This document shows, piece after piece, positions 9,829-25,623 of a stretch of 64,000 bases of DNA (position 1 is its first letter; every line of letters begins with the position of its first letter). Origin of the DNA: Auanema rhodensis (Eukaryota; Animalia; Nematoda); the NCBI GenBank assembly GCA_964057225.1, contig OZ059897.1, positions 20,708,001 to 20,772,000 of the forward strand, written 5' to 3'. The notes below the pieces were generated by a model. That model did not search any database. It saw only the letters and a program-made list of their open reading frames with translations, and was not told the DNA's origin. The translations under genes were made by a program, and so were the position numbers.

Positions 9829-12800
9829 GCATTAGTGTATGTTGAGTTTCCATGTACACTCAACATTGCTTCCAAAAACATTTTGACAAAAATTTTTTCG
9901 AAAAATTTCAAAATAATTTAGCAAAAAGTAGATGTTTTTAGATTCCTTTTTTCAAGGCAAAGACGATGGACAATGTTATTCAACGAAAAAATTAATTCTT
10001 TAGGGTGAAAATCGAGGATATAAGTGTGAACTTATATCAGTTGATATCTCGGTACATTTTTAAGCTAGCGCAAATCTGATAACACAGATCGACGCAGCTT
10101 AAAAATCCGCATCGAATGCACTATACTACATGGAAGAACGCTAAATGCAAAAATTAGTTATGATCGTTTGAAAAATGATGCATTAGTGTATGTTGAGTTT
10201 CCATGTACACTCAACATTGCTTCCAAAAATATTTTGACAAAAATTTTTTCGAAAAATTTCAAAATAATTTAGCAAAAAGTAGATGTTTTTAGATTCCATT
10301 TTTCAAGGCAAAGACGATGGACAATGTTATTCAACGAAAAAATTAATTCTTCAGGGTGAAAATCGAGGATATAAGTGTGAACTTATATCAGTTGATATCT
10401 CGGTGCATTTTTAAGCTAGCGCAAATCTGATAACACAGATCGACGCAGCTTAAAAATCCGCATCGAATGCACTATACTACATTGAGAAACGCTTAATACA
10501 AAAATTAGTTATGATCGTTTGAAAAATGATGCATTAGTGTATGTTGAGTTTCCATGTACACTCAACATTGCTTCCAAAAACATTTTGACAAAAATTTTTT
10601 CGAAAAATTTCAAAATAATTTAGCGAAAAGTAGATGTTTTTAGATTCGATTTTTCAAGGCAAAGACGATGGACAATGTTATTCAACGAAAAAATTAATTC
10701 TTCAGGATGAAAATCGAGGATATAAGTGTGAACTTATATCAGTTGATATCTCGGTGCATTTTTAAGCTAGCGCAAATCTGATAACACAGATCGACGCAGC
10801 TTAAAAATCCGCATCGAATGCACTATACTACATTGAGAAACGCTTAATACAAAAATTAGTTATGATCGTTTGAAAAATGATGCATTAGTGTATGTTGAGT
10901 TTCCATGTACACTCAACATTGCTTCCAAAAACATTTTGACAAAAATTTTTTCGAAAAATTTCAAAATAATTTAGCAAAAAGTAGATGTTTTTAGATTCCT
11001 TTTTTCAAGGCAAAGACGATGGACAATGTTATTCAACGAAAAAATTAATTCTTTAGGGTGAAAATCGAGGATATAAGTGTGAACTTATATCAGTTGATAT
11101 CTCGGTGCATTTTTAAGCTAGCGCAAATCTGATAACACAGATCGACGCAGCTTAAAAATCCGCATCGAATGCACTATACTACATTGAGAAACGCTTAATA
11201 CAAAAATTAGTTATGATCGTTTGAAAAATGATGCATTAGTGTATGTTGAGTTTCCATGTACACTCAACATTGCTTCCAAAAACATTTTGACAAAAATTTT
11301 TTCGAAAAATTTCAAAATAATTTAGCAAAAAGTAGATGTTTTTAGATTCCTTTTTTCAAGGCAAAGACGATGGACAATGTTATTCAACGAAAAAATTAAT
11401 TCTTTAGGGTGAAAATCGAGGATATAAGTGTGAACTTATATCAGTTGATATCTCGGTACATTTTTAAGCTAGCGCAAATCTGATAACACAGATCGACGCA
11501 GCTTAAAAATCCGCATCGAATGCACTATACTACATGGAAGAACGCTAAATGCAAAAATTAGTTATGATCGTTTGAAAAATGATGCATTAGTGTATGTTGA
11601 GTTTCCATGTACACTCAACATTGCTTCCAAAAATATTTTGACAAAAATTTTTTCGAAAAATTTCAAAATAATTTAGCAAAAAGTAGATGTTTTTAGATTC
11701 CATTTTTCAAGGCAAAGACGATGGACAATGTTATTCAACGAAAAAATTAATTCTTCAGGGTGAAAATCGAGGATATAAGTGTGAACTTATATCAGTTGAT
11801 ATCTCGGTGCATTTTTAAGCTAGCGCAAATCTGATAACACAGATCGACGCAGCTTAAAAATCCGCATCGAATGCACTATACTACATTGAGAAACGCTTAA
11901 TACAAAAATTAGTTATGATCGTTTGAAAAATGATGCATTAGTGTATGTTGAGTTTCCATGTACACTCAACATTGCTTCCAAAAACATTTTGACAAAAATT
12001 TTTTCGAAAAATTTCAAAATAATTTAGCGAAAAGTAGATGTTTTTAGATTCGATTTTTCAAGGCAAAGACGATGGACAATGTTATTCAACGAAAAAATTA
12101 ATTCTTCAGGATGAAAATCGAGGATATAAGTGTGAACTTATATCAGTTGATATCTCGGTGCATTTTTAAGCTAGCGCAAATCTGATAACACAGATCGACG
12201 CAGCTTAAAAATCCGCATCGAATGCACTATACTACATTGAGAAACGCTTAATACAAAAATTAGTTATGATCGTTTGAAAAATGATGCATTAGTGTATGTT
12301 GAGTTTCCATGTACACTCAACATTGCTTCCAAAAACATTTTGACAAAAATTTTTTCGAAAAATTTCAAGATAATTTACCAAAAAGTAGATGTTTTTAGAT
12401 TCCATTTTTCAAGGCAAAGACGATAGACAATGTTATTCAACGAAAAAGTTAATTCTTCAGGGTGAAAATCGAGGATATAAGTGGAAACTTATATCAGTTG
12501 ATATCTCGGTGCATTTTTAAGCTAGCGCAAATCTGATAACACAGATCGACGCAGCTTAAAAATCCGCATCGAATGCACTATACTACATTGAGAAACGCTT
12601 AATACAAAAATTAGTTATGATCGTTTGAAAAATGATGCATTAGTGTATGTTGAGTTTCCATGTACACTCAACATTGCTTCCAAAAACATTTTGACAAAAA
12701 TTTTTTCGAAAAATTTCAGAATAATTTAGCAAAAAGTAGATGTTTTTAGATTCCATTTTTCAAGGCAAAGACGATAGACAATGTTATTCAACGAAAAAAT

Positions 12801-15093
12801 TAATTCTTCAGGATGAAAATCGAGGATATAAGTGTGAACTTATATCAGTTGATATCTCGGTGCATTTTTAAGCTAGCGCAAATCTGATAACACAGATCGA
12901 CGCAGCTTAAAAATCCGCATCGAATGCACTATACTACATTGAGAAAAGCTTAATACAAAAATTAGTTATGATCGTTTGAAAAATGATGCATTAGTGTATG
13001 TTGGGTTTCCATGTACACTCAACATTGCTTCCAAAAACATTTTGACAAAAATTTTTTCGAAAAATTTCAGAATAATTTAGCAAAAAGTAGATGTTTTTAG
13101 ATTCCATTTTTCAAGGCAAAGACGATGGACAATGTTATTCAACGAAAAAATTAATTCTTCAGGGTGAAAATCGAGGATATAAGTGGAAACTTATATCAGT
13201 TGATATCTCGGTGCATTTTTAAGCTAGCGCAAATCTGATAACACAGATCGACGCAGCTTAAAAATCCGCATCGAATGCACTATACTACATTGAGAAACGC
13301 TTAATACAAAAATTAGTTATGATCGTTTGAAAAATGATGCATTAGTGTATGTTGAGTTTCCATGTACACTCAACATTGCTTCCAAAAACATTTTGACAAA
13401 AATTTTTTCGAAAAATTTCAAAATAATTTACCAAAAAGTAGATGTTTTTAGATTCCATTTTTCAAGGCAAAGACGATAGACAATGTTATTCAACGAAAAA
13501 GTTAATTCTTCAGGGTGAAAATCGAGGATATAAGTGTGAACTTATATCAGTTGATATCTCGGTGCATTTTTAAGCTAGCGCAAATCTGATAACACAGATC
13601 GACGCAGCTTAAAAATCCGCATCGAATGCACTATACTACATTGAAAAACGCTTAATACAAAAATTAGTTATGATCGTTTGAAAAATGATGCATTAGTGTA
13701 TGTTGAGTTTCCATGTACACTCAACATTGCTTCCAAAAACATTTTGACAAAAATTTTTTCGAAAAATTTCAAAATAATTTAGCAAAAAGTAGATGTTTTT
13801 AGATTCCTTTTTTCAAGGCAAAGACGATGGACAATGTTATTCAACGAAAAAATTAATTCTTCAGGATGAAAATCGAGGATATAAGTGTAAACTTATATCA
13901 GTTGATATCTCGGTACATTTTTAAGCTAGCGCAAATCTGATAACACAGATCGACGCAGCTTAAAAATCCGCATCGAATGCACTATACTACATGGAAGAAC
14001 GCTTAATACAAAAATTAGTTATGATCGTTTGAAAAATGATGCATTAGTGTATGTTGAGTTTCCATGTACACTCAACATTGCTTCCAAAAACATTTTGACA
14101 AAAATTTTTTCGAAAAATTTCAAAATAATTTACCAAAAAGTAGATGTTTTTAGATTCCATTTTTCAAGGCAAAGACGATAGACAATGTTATTCAACGAAA
14201 AAGTTAATTCTTCAGGGTGAAAATCGAGGATATAAGTGTGAACTTATATCAGTTGATATCTCGGTGCATTTTTAAGCTAGCGCAAATCTGATAACACAGA
14301 TCGACGCAGCTTAAAAATCCGCATCGAATGCACTATACTACATTGAGAAACGCTTAATACAAAAATTAGTTATGATCGTTTGAAAAATGATGCATTAGTG
14401 TATGTTGAGTTTCCATGTACACTCAACATTGCTTCCAAAAACATTTTGACAAAAATTTTTTCGAAAAATTTCAAAATAATTTACCAAAAAGTAGATGTTT
14501 TTAGATTCCATTTTTCAAGGCAAAGACGATAGACAATGTTATTCAACGAAAAAGTTAATTCTTCAGGGTGAAAATCGAGGATATAAGTGTGAACTTATAT
14601 CAGTTGATATCTCGGTGCATTTTTAAGCTAGCGCAAATCTGATAACACAGATCGACGCAGCTTAAAAATCCGCATCGAATGCACTATACTACATTGAAAA
14701 ACGCTTAATACAAAAATTAGTTATGATCGTTTGAAAAATGATGCATTAGTGTATGTTGAGTTTCCATGTACACTCAACATTGCTTCCAAAAACATTTTGA
14801 CAAAAATTTTTTCGAAAAATTTCAAAATAATTTAGCAAAAAGTAGATGTTTTTAGATTCCTTTTTTCAAGGCAAAGACGATGGACAATGTTATTCAACGA
14901 AAAAATTAATTCTTCAGGATGAAAATCGAGGATATAAGTGTAAACTTATATCAGTTGATATCTCGGTACATTTTTAAGCTAGCGCAAATCTGATAACACA
15001 GATCGACGCAGCTTAAAAATCCGCATCGAATGCACTATACTACATGGAAGAACGCTTAATACAAAAATTAGTTATGATCGTTTGAAAAATGAT

Positions 15094-18000
15094 GCATTAG
15101 TGTATGTTGAGTTTCCATGTACACTCAACATTGCTTCCAAAAACATTTTGACAAAAATTTTTTCGAAAAATTTCAAAATAATTTACCAAAAAGTAGATGT
15201 TTTTAGATTCCATTTTTCAAGGCAAAGACGATAGACAATGTTATTCAACGAAAAAGTTAATTCTTCAGGGTGAAAATCGAGGATATAAGTGTGAACTTAT
15301 ATCAGTTGATATCTCGGTGCATTTTTAAGCTAGCGCAAATCTGATAACACAGATCGACGCAGCTTAAAAATCCGCATCGAATGCACTATACTACATTGAA
15401 AAACGCTTAATACAAAAATTAGTTATGATCGTTTGAAAAATGATGCATTCGTGTATGTTGAGTTTCCATGTACACTCAACATTGCTTCCAAAAACATTTT
15501 GACAAAAATTTTTTCGAAAAATTTCAAAATAATTTAGCAAAAAGTAGATGTTTTTAGATTCCATTTTTCAAGGCAAAGACGATAGACAATGTTATTCAAC
15601 GAAAAAGTTAATTCTTCAGGGTGAAAATCGAGGATATAAGTGTGAACTTATATCAGTTGATATCTCGGTGCATTTTTAAGCTAGCGCAAATCTGATAACA
15701 CAGATCGACGCAGCTTAAAAATCCGCATCGAATGCACTATACTACATTGAAAAACGCTTAATACAAAAATTAGTTATGATCGTTTGAAAAATGATGCATT
15801 CGTGTATGTTGAGTTTCCATGTACACTCAACATTGCTTCCAAAAACATTTTGACAAAAATTTTTTCGAAAAATTTCAAAATAATTTAGCAAAAAGTAGAT
15901 GTTTTTAGATTCTTTTTTTCAAGGCAAAGACGATGGACAATGTTATTCAACGAAAAAATTAATTCTTCAGGGTGAAAATCGAGGATATAAGTGTAAACTT
16001 ATATCAGTTGATATCTCGGTGCATTTTTAAGCTAGCGCAAATCTGATAACACAGATCGACGCAGCTTAAAAATTCGCATCGAATGCACTATACTACACTG
16101 AGAAACGCTTAATACAAAAATTAGTTATGATCGTTTGAAAAATGATGCATTAGTGTATGTTGAGTTTCCATGTACACTCAACATTGCTTCCAAAAACATT
16201 TTGACAAAAATTTTTTCGAAAAATTTCAAAATAATTTAGCAAAAAGTAGATGTTTTTAGATTCCTTTTTTCAAGGCAAAGACGATGGACAATGTTATTCA
16301 ACGAAAAAATTAATTCTTCAGGATGAAAATCGAGGATATAAGTGTGAACTTATATCAGTTGATATCTCGGTACATTTTTAAGCTAGCGCAAATCTGATAA
16401 CACAGATCGACGCAGCTTAAAAATCCGCATCGAATGCACTATACTACATGGAAGAACGCTTAATACAAAAACTAGTTATGATCGTTTGAAAAATGATGCA
16501 TTAGTGTATGTTGAGTTTCCATGTACACTCAACATTGCTTCCAAAAACATTTTGACAAAAATTTTTTCGAAAAATTTCAAAATAATTTACCAAAAAGTAG
16601 ATGTTTTTAGATTCCATTTTTCAAGGCAAAGACGATAGACAATGTTATTCAACGAAAAAATTAATTCTTCAGGGTGAAAATCGAGGATATAAGTGTAAAC
16701 TTATATCAGTTGATATCTCGGTGCATTTTTAAGCTAGCGCAAATCTGATAACACAGATCGACGCAGCTTAAAAATCCGCATCGAATGCACTATACTACAT
16801 TGAAAAACGCTTAATACAAAAATTAGTTATGATCGTTTGAAAAATGATGCATTCGTGTATGTTGAGTTTCCATGTACACTCAACATTGCTTCCAAAAACA
16901 TTTTGACAAAAATTTTTTCGAAAAATTTCAAAATAATTTAGCAAAAAGTAGATGTTTTTAGATTCTTTTTTTCAAGGCAAAGACGATGGACAATGTTATT
17001 CAACGAAAAAATTAATTCTTCAGGGTGAAAATCGAGGATATAAGTGTAAACTTATATCAGTTGATATCTCGGTGCATTTTTAAGCTAGCGCAAATCTGAT
17101 AACACAGATCGACGCAGCTTAAAAATTCGCATCGAATGCACTATACTACACTGAGAAACGCTTAATACAAAAATTAGTTATGATCGTTTGAAAAATGATG
17201 CATTAGTGTATGTTGAGTTTCCATGTACACTCAACATTGCTTCCAAAAACATTTTGACAAAAATTTTTTCGAAAAATTTCAAAATAATTTAGCAAAAAGT
17301 AGATGTTTTTAGATTCCTTTTTTCAAGGCAAAGACGATGGACAATGTTATTCAACGAAAAAATTAATTCTTCAGGATGAAAATCGAGGATATAAGTGTGA
17401 ACTTATATCAGTTGATATCTCGGTACATTTTTAAGCTAGCGCAAATCTGATAACACAGATCGACGCAGCTTAAAAATCCGCATCGAATGCACTATACTAC
17501 ATGGAAGAACGCTTAATACAAAAACTAGTTATGATCGTTTGAAAAATGATGCATTAGTGTATGTTGAGTTTCCATGTACACTCAACATTGCTTCCAAAAA
17601 CATTTTGACAAAAATTTTTTCGAAAAATTTCAAAATAATTTACCAAAAAGTAGATGTTTTTAGATTCCATTTTTCAAGGCAAAGACGATAGACAATGTTA
17701 TTCAACGAAAAAATTAATTCTTCAGGGTGAAAATCGAGGATATAAGTGTAAACTTATATCAGTTGATATCTCGGTGCATTTTTAAGCTAGCGCAAATCTG
17801 ATAACACAGATCGACGCAGCTTAAAAATCCGCATCGAATGCACTATACTACATTGAAAAACGCTTAATACAAAAATTAGTTATGATCGTTTGAAAAATGA
17901 TGCATTCGTGTATGTTGAGTTTCCATGTACACTCAACATTGCTTCCAAAAACATTTTGACAAAAATTTTTTCGAAAAATTTCAAAATAATTTAGCAAAAA

Positions 18001-21000
18001 GTAGATGTTTTTAGATTCCTTTTTTCAAGGCAAAGACGATGGACAATGTTATTCAACGAAAAAATTAATTCTTCAGGGTGAAAATCGAGGATATAAGTGT
18101 AAACTTATATCAGTTGATATCTCGGTGCATTTTTAAGCTAGCGCAAATCTGATAACACAGATCGACGCAGCTTAAAAATTCGCATCGAATGCACTATACT
18201 ACACTGAGAAACGCTTAATACAAAAATTAGTTATGATCGTTTGAAAAATGATGCATTAGTGTATGTTGAGTTTCCATGTACACTCAACATTGCTTCCAAA
18301 AACATTTTGACAAAAATTTTTTCGAAAAATTTCAAAATAATTTAGCAAAAAGTAGATGTTTTTAGATTCCTTTTTTCAAGGCAAAGACGATGGACCATGT
18401 TATTCAACGAAAAAATTAATTCTTCAGGATGAAAATCGAGGATATAAGTGTGAACTTATATCAGTTGATATCTCGGTACATTTTTAAGCTAGCGCAAATC
18501 TGATAACACAGATCGACGCAGCTTAAAAATCCGCATCGAATGCACTATACTACATGGAAGAACGCTTAATACAAAAACTAGTTATGATCGTTTGAAAAAT
18601 GATGCATTAGTGTATGTTGAGTTTCCATGTACACTCAACATTGCTTCCAAAAACATTTTGACAAAAATTTTTTCGAAAAATTTCAAGATAATTTACCAAA
18701 AAGTAGATGTTTTTAGATTCCATTTTTCAAGGCAAAGACGATAGACAATGTTATTCAACGAAAAAGTTAATTCTTCAGGGTGAAAATCGAGGATATAAGT
18801 GTGAACTTATATCAGTTGATATCTCGGTGCATTTTTAAGCTAGCGCAAATCTGATAACACAGATCGACGCAGCTTAAAAATCCGCATCGAATGCACTATA
18901 CTACATGGAAGAACGCTAAATGCAAAAATTAGTTATGATCGTTTGAAAAATGATGCATTAGTGTATGTTGAGTTTCCATGTACACTCAACATTGCTTCCA
19001 AAAATATTTTGACAAAAATTTTTTCGAAAAATTTCAAAATAATTTAGCAAAAAGTAGATGTTTTTAGATTCCTTTTTTCAAGGCAAAGACGATGGACAAT
19101 GTTATTCAACGAAAAAATTAATTCTTTAGGGTGAAAATCGAGGATATAAGTGTGAACTTATATCAGTTGATATCTCGGTACATTTTTAAGCTAGCGCAAA
19201 TCTGATAACACAGATCGACGCAGCTTAAAAATCCGCATCGAATGCACTATACTACATTGAAAAACGCTTAATACAAAAATTAGTTATGATCGTTTGAAAA
19301 ATGATGCATTCGTGTATGTTGAGTTTCCATGTACACTCAACATTGCTTCCAAAAACATTTTGACAAAAATTTTTTCGAAAAATTTCAAAATAATTTAGCA
19401 AAAAGTAGATGTTTTTAGATTCCTTTTTTCAAGGCAAAGACGATGGACAATGTTATTCAACGAAAAAATTAATTCTTCAGGGTGAAAATCGAGGATATAA
19501 GTGTAAACTTATATCAGTTGATATCTCGGTGCATTTTTAAGCTAGCGCAAATCTGATAACACAGATCGACGCAGCTTAAAAATCCGCATCGAATGCACTA
19601 TACTACATTGAAAAACGCTTAATACAAAAATTAGTTATGATCGTTTGAAAAATGATGCATTCGTGTATGTTGAGTTTCCATGTACACTCAACATTGCTTC
19701 CAAAAACATTTTGACAAAAATTTTTTCGAAAAATTTCAAAATAATTTAGCAAAAAGTAGATGTTTTTAGATTCCTTTTTTCAAGGCAAAGACGATGGACA
19801 ATGTTATTCAACGAAAAAATTAATTCTTCAGGGTGAAAATCGAGGATATAAGTGTAAACTTATATCAGTTGATATCTCGGTGCATTTTTAAGCTAGCGCA
19901 AATCTGATAACACAGATCGACGCAGCTTAAAAATTCGCATCGAATGCACTATACTACACTGAGAAACGCTTAATACAAAAATTAGTTATGATCGTTTGAA
20001 AAATGATGCATTAGTGTATGTTGAGTTTCCATGTACACTCAACATTGCTTCCAAAAACATTTTGACAAAAATTTTTTCGAAAAATTTCAGAATAATTTAG
20101 CAAAAAGTAGATGTTTTTAGATTCCTTTTTTCAAGGCAAAGACGATGGACCATGTTATTCAACGAAAAAATTAATTCTTCAGGATGAAAATCGAGGATAT
20201 AAGTGTGAACTTATATCAGTTGATATCTCGGTACATTTTTAAGCTAGCGCAAATCTGATAACACAGATCGACGCAGCTTAAAAATCCGCATCGAATGCAC
20301 TATACTACATGGAAGAACGCTTAATACAAAAACTAGTTATGATCGTTTGAAAAATGATGCATTAGTGTATGTTGAGTTTCCATGTACACTCAACATTGCT
20401 TCCAAAAACATTTTGACAAAAATTTTTTCGAAAAATTTCAAGATAATTTACCAAAAAGTAGATGTTTTTAGATTCCATTTTTCAAGGCAAAGACGATAGA
20501 CAATGTTATTCAACGAAAAAGTTAATTCTTCAGGGTGAAAATCGAGGATATAAGTGTGAACTTATATCAGTTGATATCTCGGTGCATTTTTAAGCTAGCG
20601 CAAATCTGATAACACAGATCGACGCAGCTTAAAAATCCGCATCGAATGCACTATACTACATGGAAGAACGCTAAATACAAAAATTAGTTATGATCGTTTG
20701 AAAAATGATGCATTAGTGTATGTTGAGTTTCCATGTACACTCAACATTGCTTCCAAAAATATTTTGACAAAAATTTTTTCGAAAAATTTCAAAATAATTT
20801 AGCAAAAAGTAGATGTTTTTAGATTCCTTTTTTCAAGGCAAAGACGATGGACAATGTTATTCAACGAAAAAATTAATTCTTTAGGGTGAAAATCGAGGAT
20901 ATAAGTGTGAACTTATATCAGTTGATATCTCGGTACATTTTTAAGCTAGCGCAAATCTGATAACACAGATCGACGCAGCTTAAAAATCCGCATCGAATGC

Positions 21001-24000
21001 ACTATACTACATTGAAAAACGCTTAATACAAAAATTAGTTATGATCGTTTGAAAAATGATGCATTCGTGTATGTTGAGTTTCCATGTACACTCAACATTG
21101 CTTCCAAAAACATTTTGACAAAAATTTTTTCGAAAAATTTCAAAATAATTTAGCAAAAAGTAGATGTTTTTAGATTCCTTTTTTCAAGGCAAAGACGATG
21201 GACAATGTTATTCAACGAAAAAATTAATTCTTCAGGGTGAAAATCGAGGATATAAGTGTAAACTTATATCAGTTGATATCTCGGTGCATTTTTAAGCTAG
21301 CGCAAATCTGATAACACAGATCGACGCAGCTTAAAAATTCGCATCGAATGCACTATACTACACTGAGAAACGCTTAATACAAAAATTAGTTATGATCGTT
21401 TGAAAAATGATGCATTAGTGTATGTTGAGTTTCCATGTACACTCAACATTGCTTCCAAAAACATTTTGACAAAAATTTTTTCGAAAAATTTCAAAATAAT
21501 TTAGCAAAAAGTAGATGTTTTTAGATTCCTTTTTTCAAGGCAAAGACGATGGACCATGTTATTCAACGAAAAAATTAATTCTTCAGGATGAAAATCGAGG
21601 ATATAAGTGTGAACTTATATCAGTTGATATCTCGGTACATTTTTAAGCTAGCGCAAATCTGATAACACAGATCGACGCAGCTTAAAAATCCGCATCGAAT
21701 GCACTATACTACATGGAAGAACGCTTAATACAAAAACTAGTTATGATCGTTTGAAAAATGATGCATTAGTGTATGTTGAGTTTCCATGTACACTCAACAT
21801 TGCTTCCAAAAACATTTTGACAAAAATTTTTTCGAAAAATTTCAAGATAATTTACCAAAAAGTAGATGTTTTTAGATTCCATTTTTCAAGGCAAAGACGA
21901 TAGACAATGTTATTCAACGAAAAAGTTAATTCTTCAGGGTGAAAATCGAGGATATAAGTGTGAACTTATATCAGTTGATATCTCGGTGCATTTTTAAGCT
22001 AGCGCAAATCTGATAACACAGATCGACGCAGCTTAAAAATCCGCATCGAATGCACTATACTACATGGAAGAACGCTAAATACAAAAATTAGTTATGATCG
22101 TTTGAAAAATGATGCATTAGTGTATGTTGAGTTTCCATGTACACTCAACATTGCTTCCAAAAATATTTTGACAAAAATTTTTTCGAAAAATTTCAAAATA
22201 ATTTAGCAAAAAGTAGATGTTTTTAGATTCCTTTTTTCAAGGCAAAGACGATGGACCATGTTATTCAACGAAAAAATTAATTCTTTAGGGTGAAAATCGA
22301 GGATATAAGTGTGAACTTATATCAGTTGATATCTCGGTACATTTTTAAGCTAGCGCAAATCTGATAACACAGATCGACGCAGCTTAAAAATCCGCATCGA
22401 ATGCACTATACTACACTGAGAAACGCTTAATACAAAAATTAGTTATGATCGTTTGAAAAATGATGCATTAGTGTATGTTGAGTTTCCATGTACACTCAAC
22501 ATTGCTTCCAAAAACATTTTGACAAAAATTTTTTCGAAAAATTTCAAAATAATTTAGCAAAAAGTAGATGTTTTTAGATTCCTTTTTTCAAGGCAAAGAC
22601 GATGGACAATGTTATTCAACGAAAAAATTAATTCTTCAGGATGAAAATCGAGGATATAAGTGTGAACTTATATCAGTTGATATCTCGGTACATTTTTAAG
22701 CTAGCGCAAATCTGATAACACAGATCGACGCAGCTTAAAAATCCGCATCGAATGCACTATACTACATGGAAGAACGCTTAATACAAAAATTAGTTATGAT
22801 CGTTTGAAAAATGATGCATTAGTGTATGTTGAGTTTCCATGTACACTCAACATTGCTTCCAAAAACATTTTGACAAAAATTTTTTCGAAAAATTTCAAAA
22901 TAATTTAGCAAAAAGTAGATGTTTTTAGATTCCTTTTTTCAAGGCAAAGACGATGGACAATGTTATTCAACGAAAAAATTAATTCTTCAGGATGAAAATC
23001 GAGGATATAAGTGTGAACTTATATCAGTTGATATCTCGGTACATTTTTAAGCTAGCGCAAATCTGATAACACAGATCGACGCAGCTCAAAAATCCGCATC
23101 GAATGCCCTATACTACATGGAAGAACGCTTAATACAAAAATTAGTTATGATCGTTTGAAAAATGATGCATTAGTGTATGTTGAGTTTCCATGTACACTCA
23201 ACATTGCTTCCAAAAACATTTTGACAAAAATTTTTTCGAAAAATTTCAAAATAATTTACCAAAAAGTAGATGTTTTTAGATTCCATTTTTCAAGGCAAAG
23301 ACGATAGACAATGTTATTCAACGAAAAAGTTAATTCTTCAGGGTGAAAATCGAGGATATAAGTGTGAACTTATATCAGTTGATATCTCGGTGCATTTTTA
23401 AGCTAGCGCAAATTTGATAACACAGATCGACGCAGCTTAAAAATCCGCATCGAATGCACTATACTACATTGAAAAACGCTTAATACAAAAATTAGTTATG
23501 ATCGTTTGAAAAATGATGCATTCGTGTATGTTGAGTTTCCATGTACACTCAACATTGCTTCCAAAAACATTTTGACAAAAATTTTTTCGAAAAATTTCAA
23601 AATAATTTAGCAAAAAGTAGATGTTTTTAGATTCCTTTTTTCAAGGCAAAGACGATGGACAATGTTATTCAACGAAAAAATTAATTCTTTAGGGTGAAAA
23701 TCGAGGATATAAGTGTGAACTTATATCAGTTGATATCTCGGTGCATTTTTAAGCTAGCGCAAATCTGATAACACAGATCGACGCAGCTTAAAAATCCGCA
23801 TCGAATGCACTATACTACATTGAGAAACGCTTAATACAAAAATTAGTTATGATCGTTTGAAAAATGATGCATTAGTGTATGTTGAGTTTCCATGTACACT
23901 CAACATTGCTTCCAAAAACATTTTGACAAAAATTTTTTCGAAAAATTTCAAAATAATTTAGCAAAAAGTAGATGTTTTTAGATTCCTTTTTTCAAGGCAA

Positions 24001-24570
24001 AGACGATGGACAATGTTATTCAACGAAAAAATTAATTCTTCAGGATGAAAATCGAGGATATAAGTGTGAACTTATATCAGTTGATATCTCGGTACATTTT
24101 TAAGCTAGCGCAAATCTGATAACACAGATCGACGCAGCTTAAAAATCCGCATCGAATGCACTATACTACATTGAAAAACGCTTAATACAAAAATTAGTTA
24201 TGATCGTTTGAATAATGATGCATTCGTGTATGTTGAGTTTCCATGTACACTCAACATTGCTTCCAAAAACATTTTGACAAAAATTTTTTCGAAAAATTTC
24301 AAAATAATTTAGCAAAAAGTAGATGTTTTTAGATTCCTTTTTTCAAGGCAAAGACGATGGACAATGTTATTCAACGAAAAAATTAATTCTTCAGGGTGAA
24401 AATCGAGGATATAAGTGTAAACTTATATCAGTTGATATCTCGGTGCATTTTTAAGCTAGCGCAAATCTGATAACACAGATCGACGCAGCTTAAAAATCCG
24501 CATCGAATGCACTATACTACACTGAGAAACGCTTAATACAAAAATTAGTTATGATCGTTTGAAAAATGAT
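15094..24570 (+). repeat. 27-monomer block, copy 1 of a ~9.5-kb duplication
   Basis: Monomer subtype order and private SNPs (23087 C, 23107 C, 24213 T) recur exactly 10,530 bp downstream. Confidence 0.88.
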
Positions 24571-25623
24571 GCATTAGTGTATGTTGAGTTTCCATGTACA
24601 CTCAACATTGCTTCCAAAAACATTTTGACAAAAATTTTTTCGAAAAATTTCAAAATAATTTACCAAAAAGTAGATGTTTTTAGATTCCATTTTTCAAGGC
24701 AAAGACGATAGACAATGTTATTCAACGAAAAAGTTAATTCTTCAGGGTGAAAATCGAGGATATAAGTGTGAACTTATATCAGTTGATATCTCGGTGCATT
24801 TTTAAGCTAGCGCAAATTTGATAACACAGATCGACGCAGCTTAAAAATCCGCATCAAATGCACTATACTACATTGAGAAACACTTGATACAAAAATTAGT
24901 TATGATCGTTTGAAAAATGATGCATTAGTGTATGTTGAGTTTCCATGTACACTCAACATTGCTTCCAAAAACATTTTGACAAAAATTTTTTCGAAAAATT
25001 TCAAAATAATTTACCAAAAAGTAGATGTTTTTAGATTCCATTTTTCAAGGCAAAGACGATGGACAATGTTATTCAACGAAAAAATTAATTCTTCAGGGTG
25101 AAAATCGAGGATATAAGTGTAAACTTATATCAGTTGATATCTCGGTACATTTTTAAGCTAGCGCAAATCTGATAACACAGATCGACGCAGCTTAAAAATC
25201 CGCATCGAATGCACTATACTACATGGAAGAACGCTTAATACAAAAATTAGTTATGATCGTTTGAAAAATGATGCATTAGTGTATGTTGAGTTTCCATGTA
25301 CACTCAACATTGCTTCCAAAAACATTTTGACAAAAATTTTTTCGAAAAATTTCAAAATAATTTACCAAAAAGTAGATGTTTTTAGATTCCATTTTTCAAG
25401 GCAAAGACGATAGACAATGTTATTCAACGAAAAAGTTAATTCTTCAGGGTGAAAATCGAGGATATAAGTGTGAACTTATATCAGTTGATATCTCGGTGCA
25501 TTTTTAAGCTAGCGCAAATTTGATAACACAGATCGACGCAGCTTAAAAATCCGCATCAAATGCACTATACTACATTGAGAAACACTTGATACAAAAATTA
25601 GTTATGATCGTTTGAAAAATGAT

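Noticed and set aside
24910-25101. 63-aa ORF as a protein-coding gene
   Set aside because: TTG start, no recognisable domain, lies wholly in satellite sequence and is open only because one recombinant monomer lacks two polymorphic stops.
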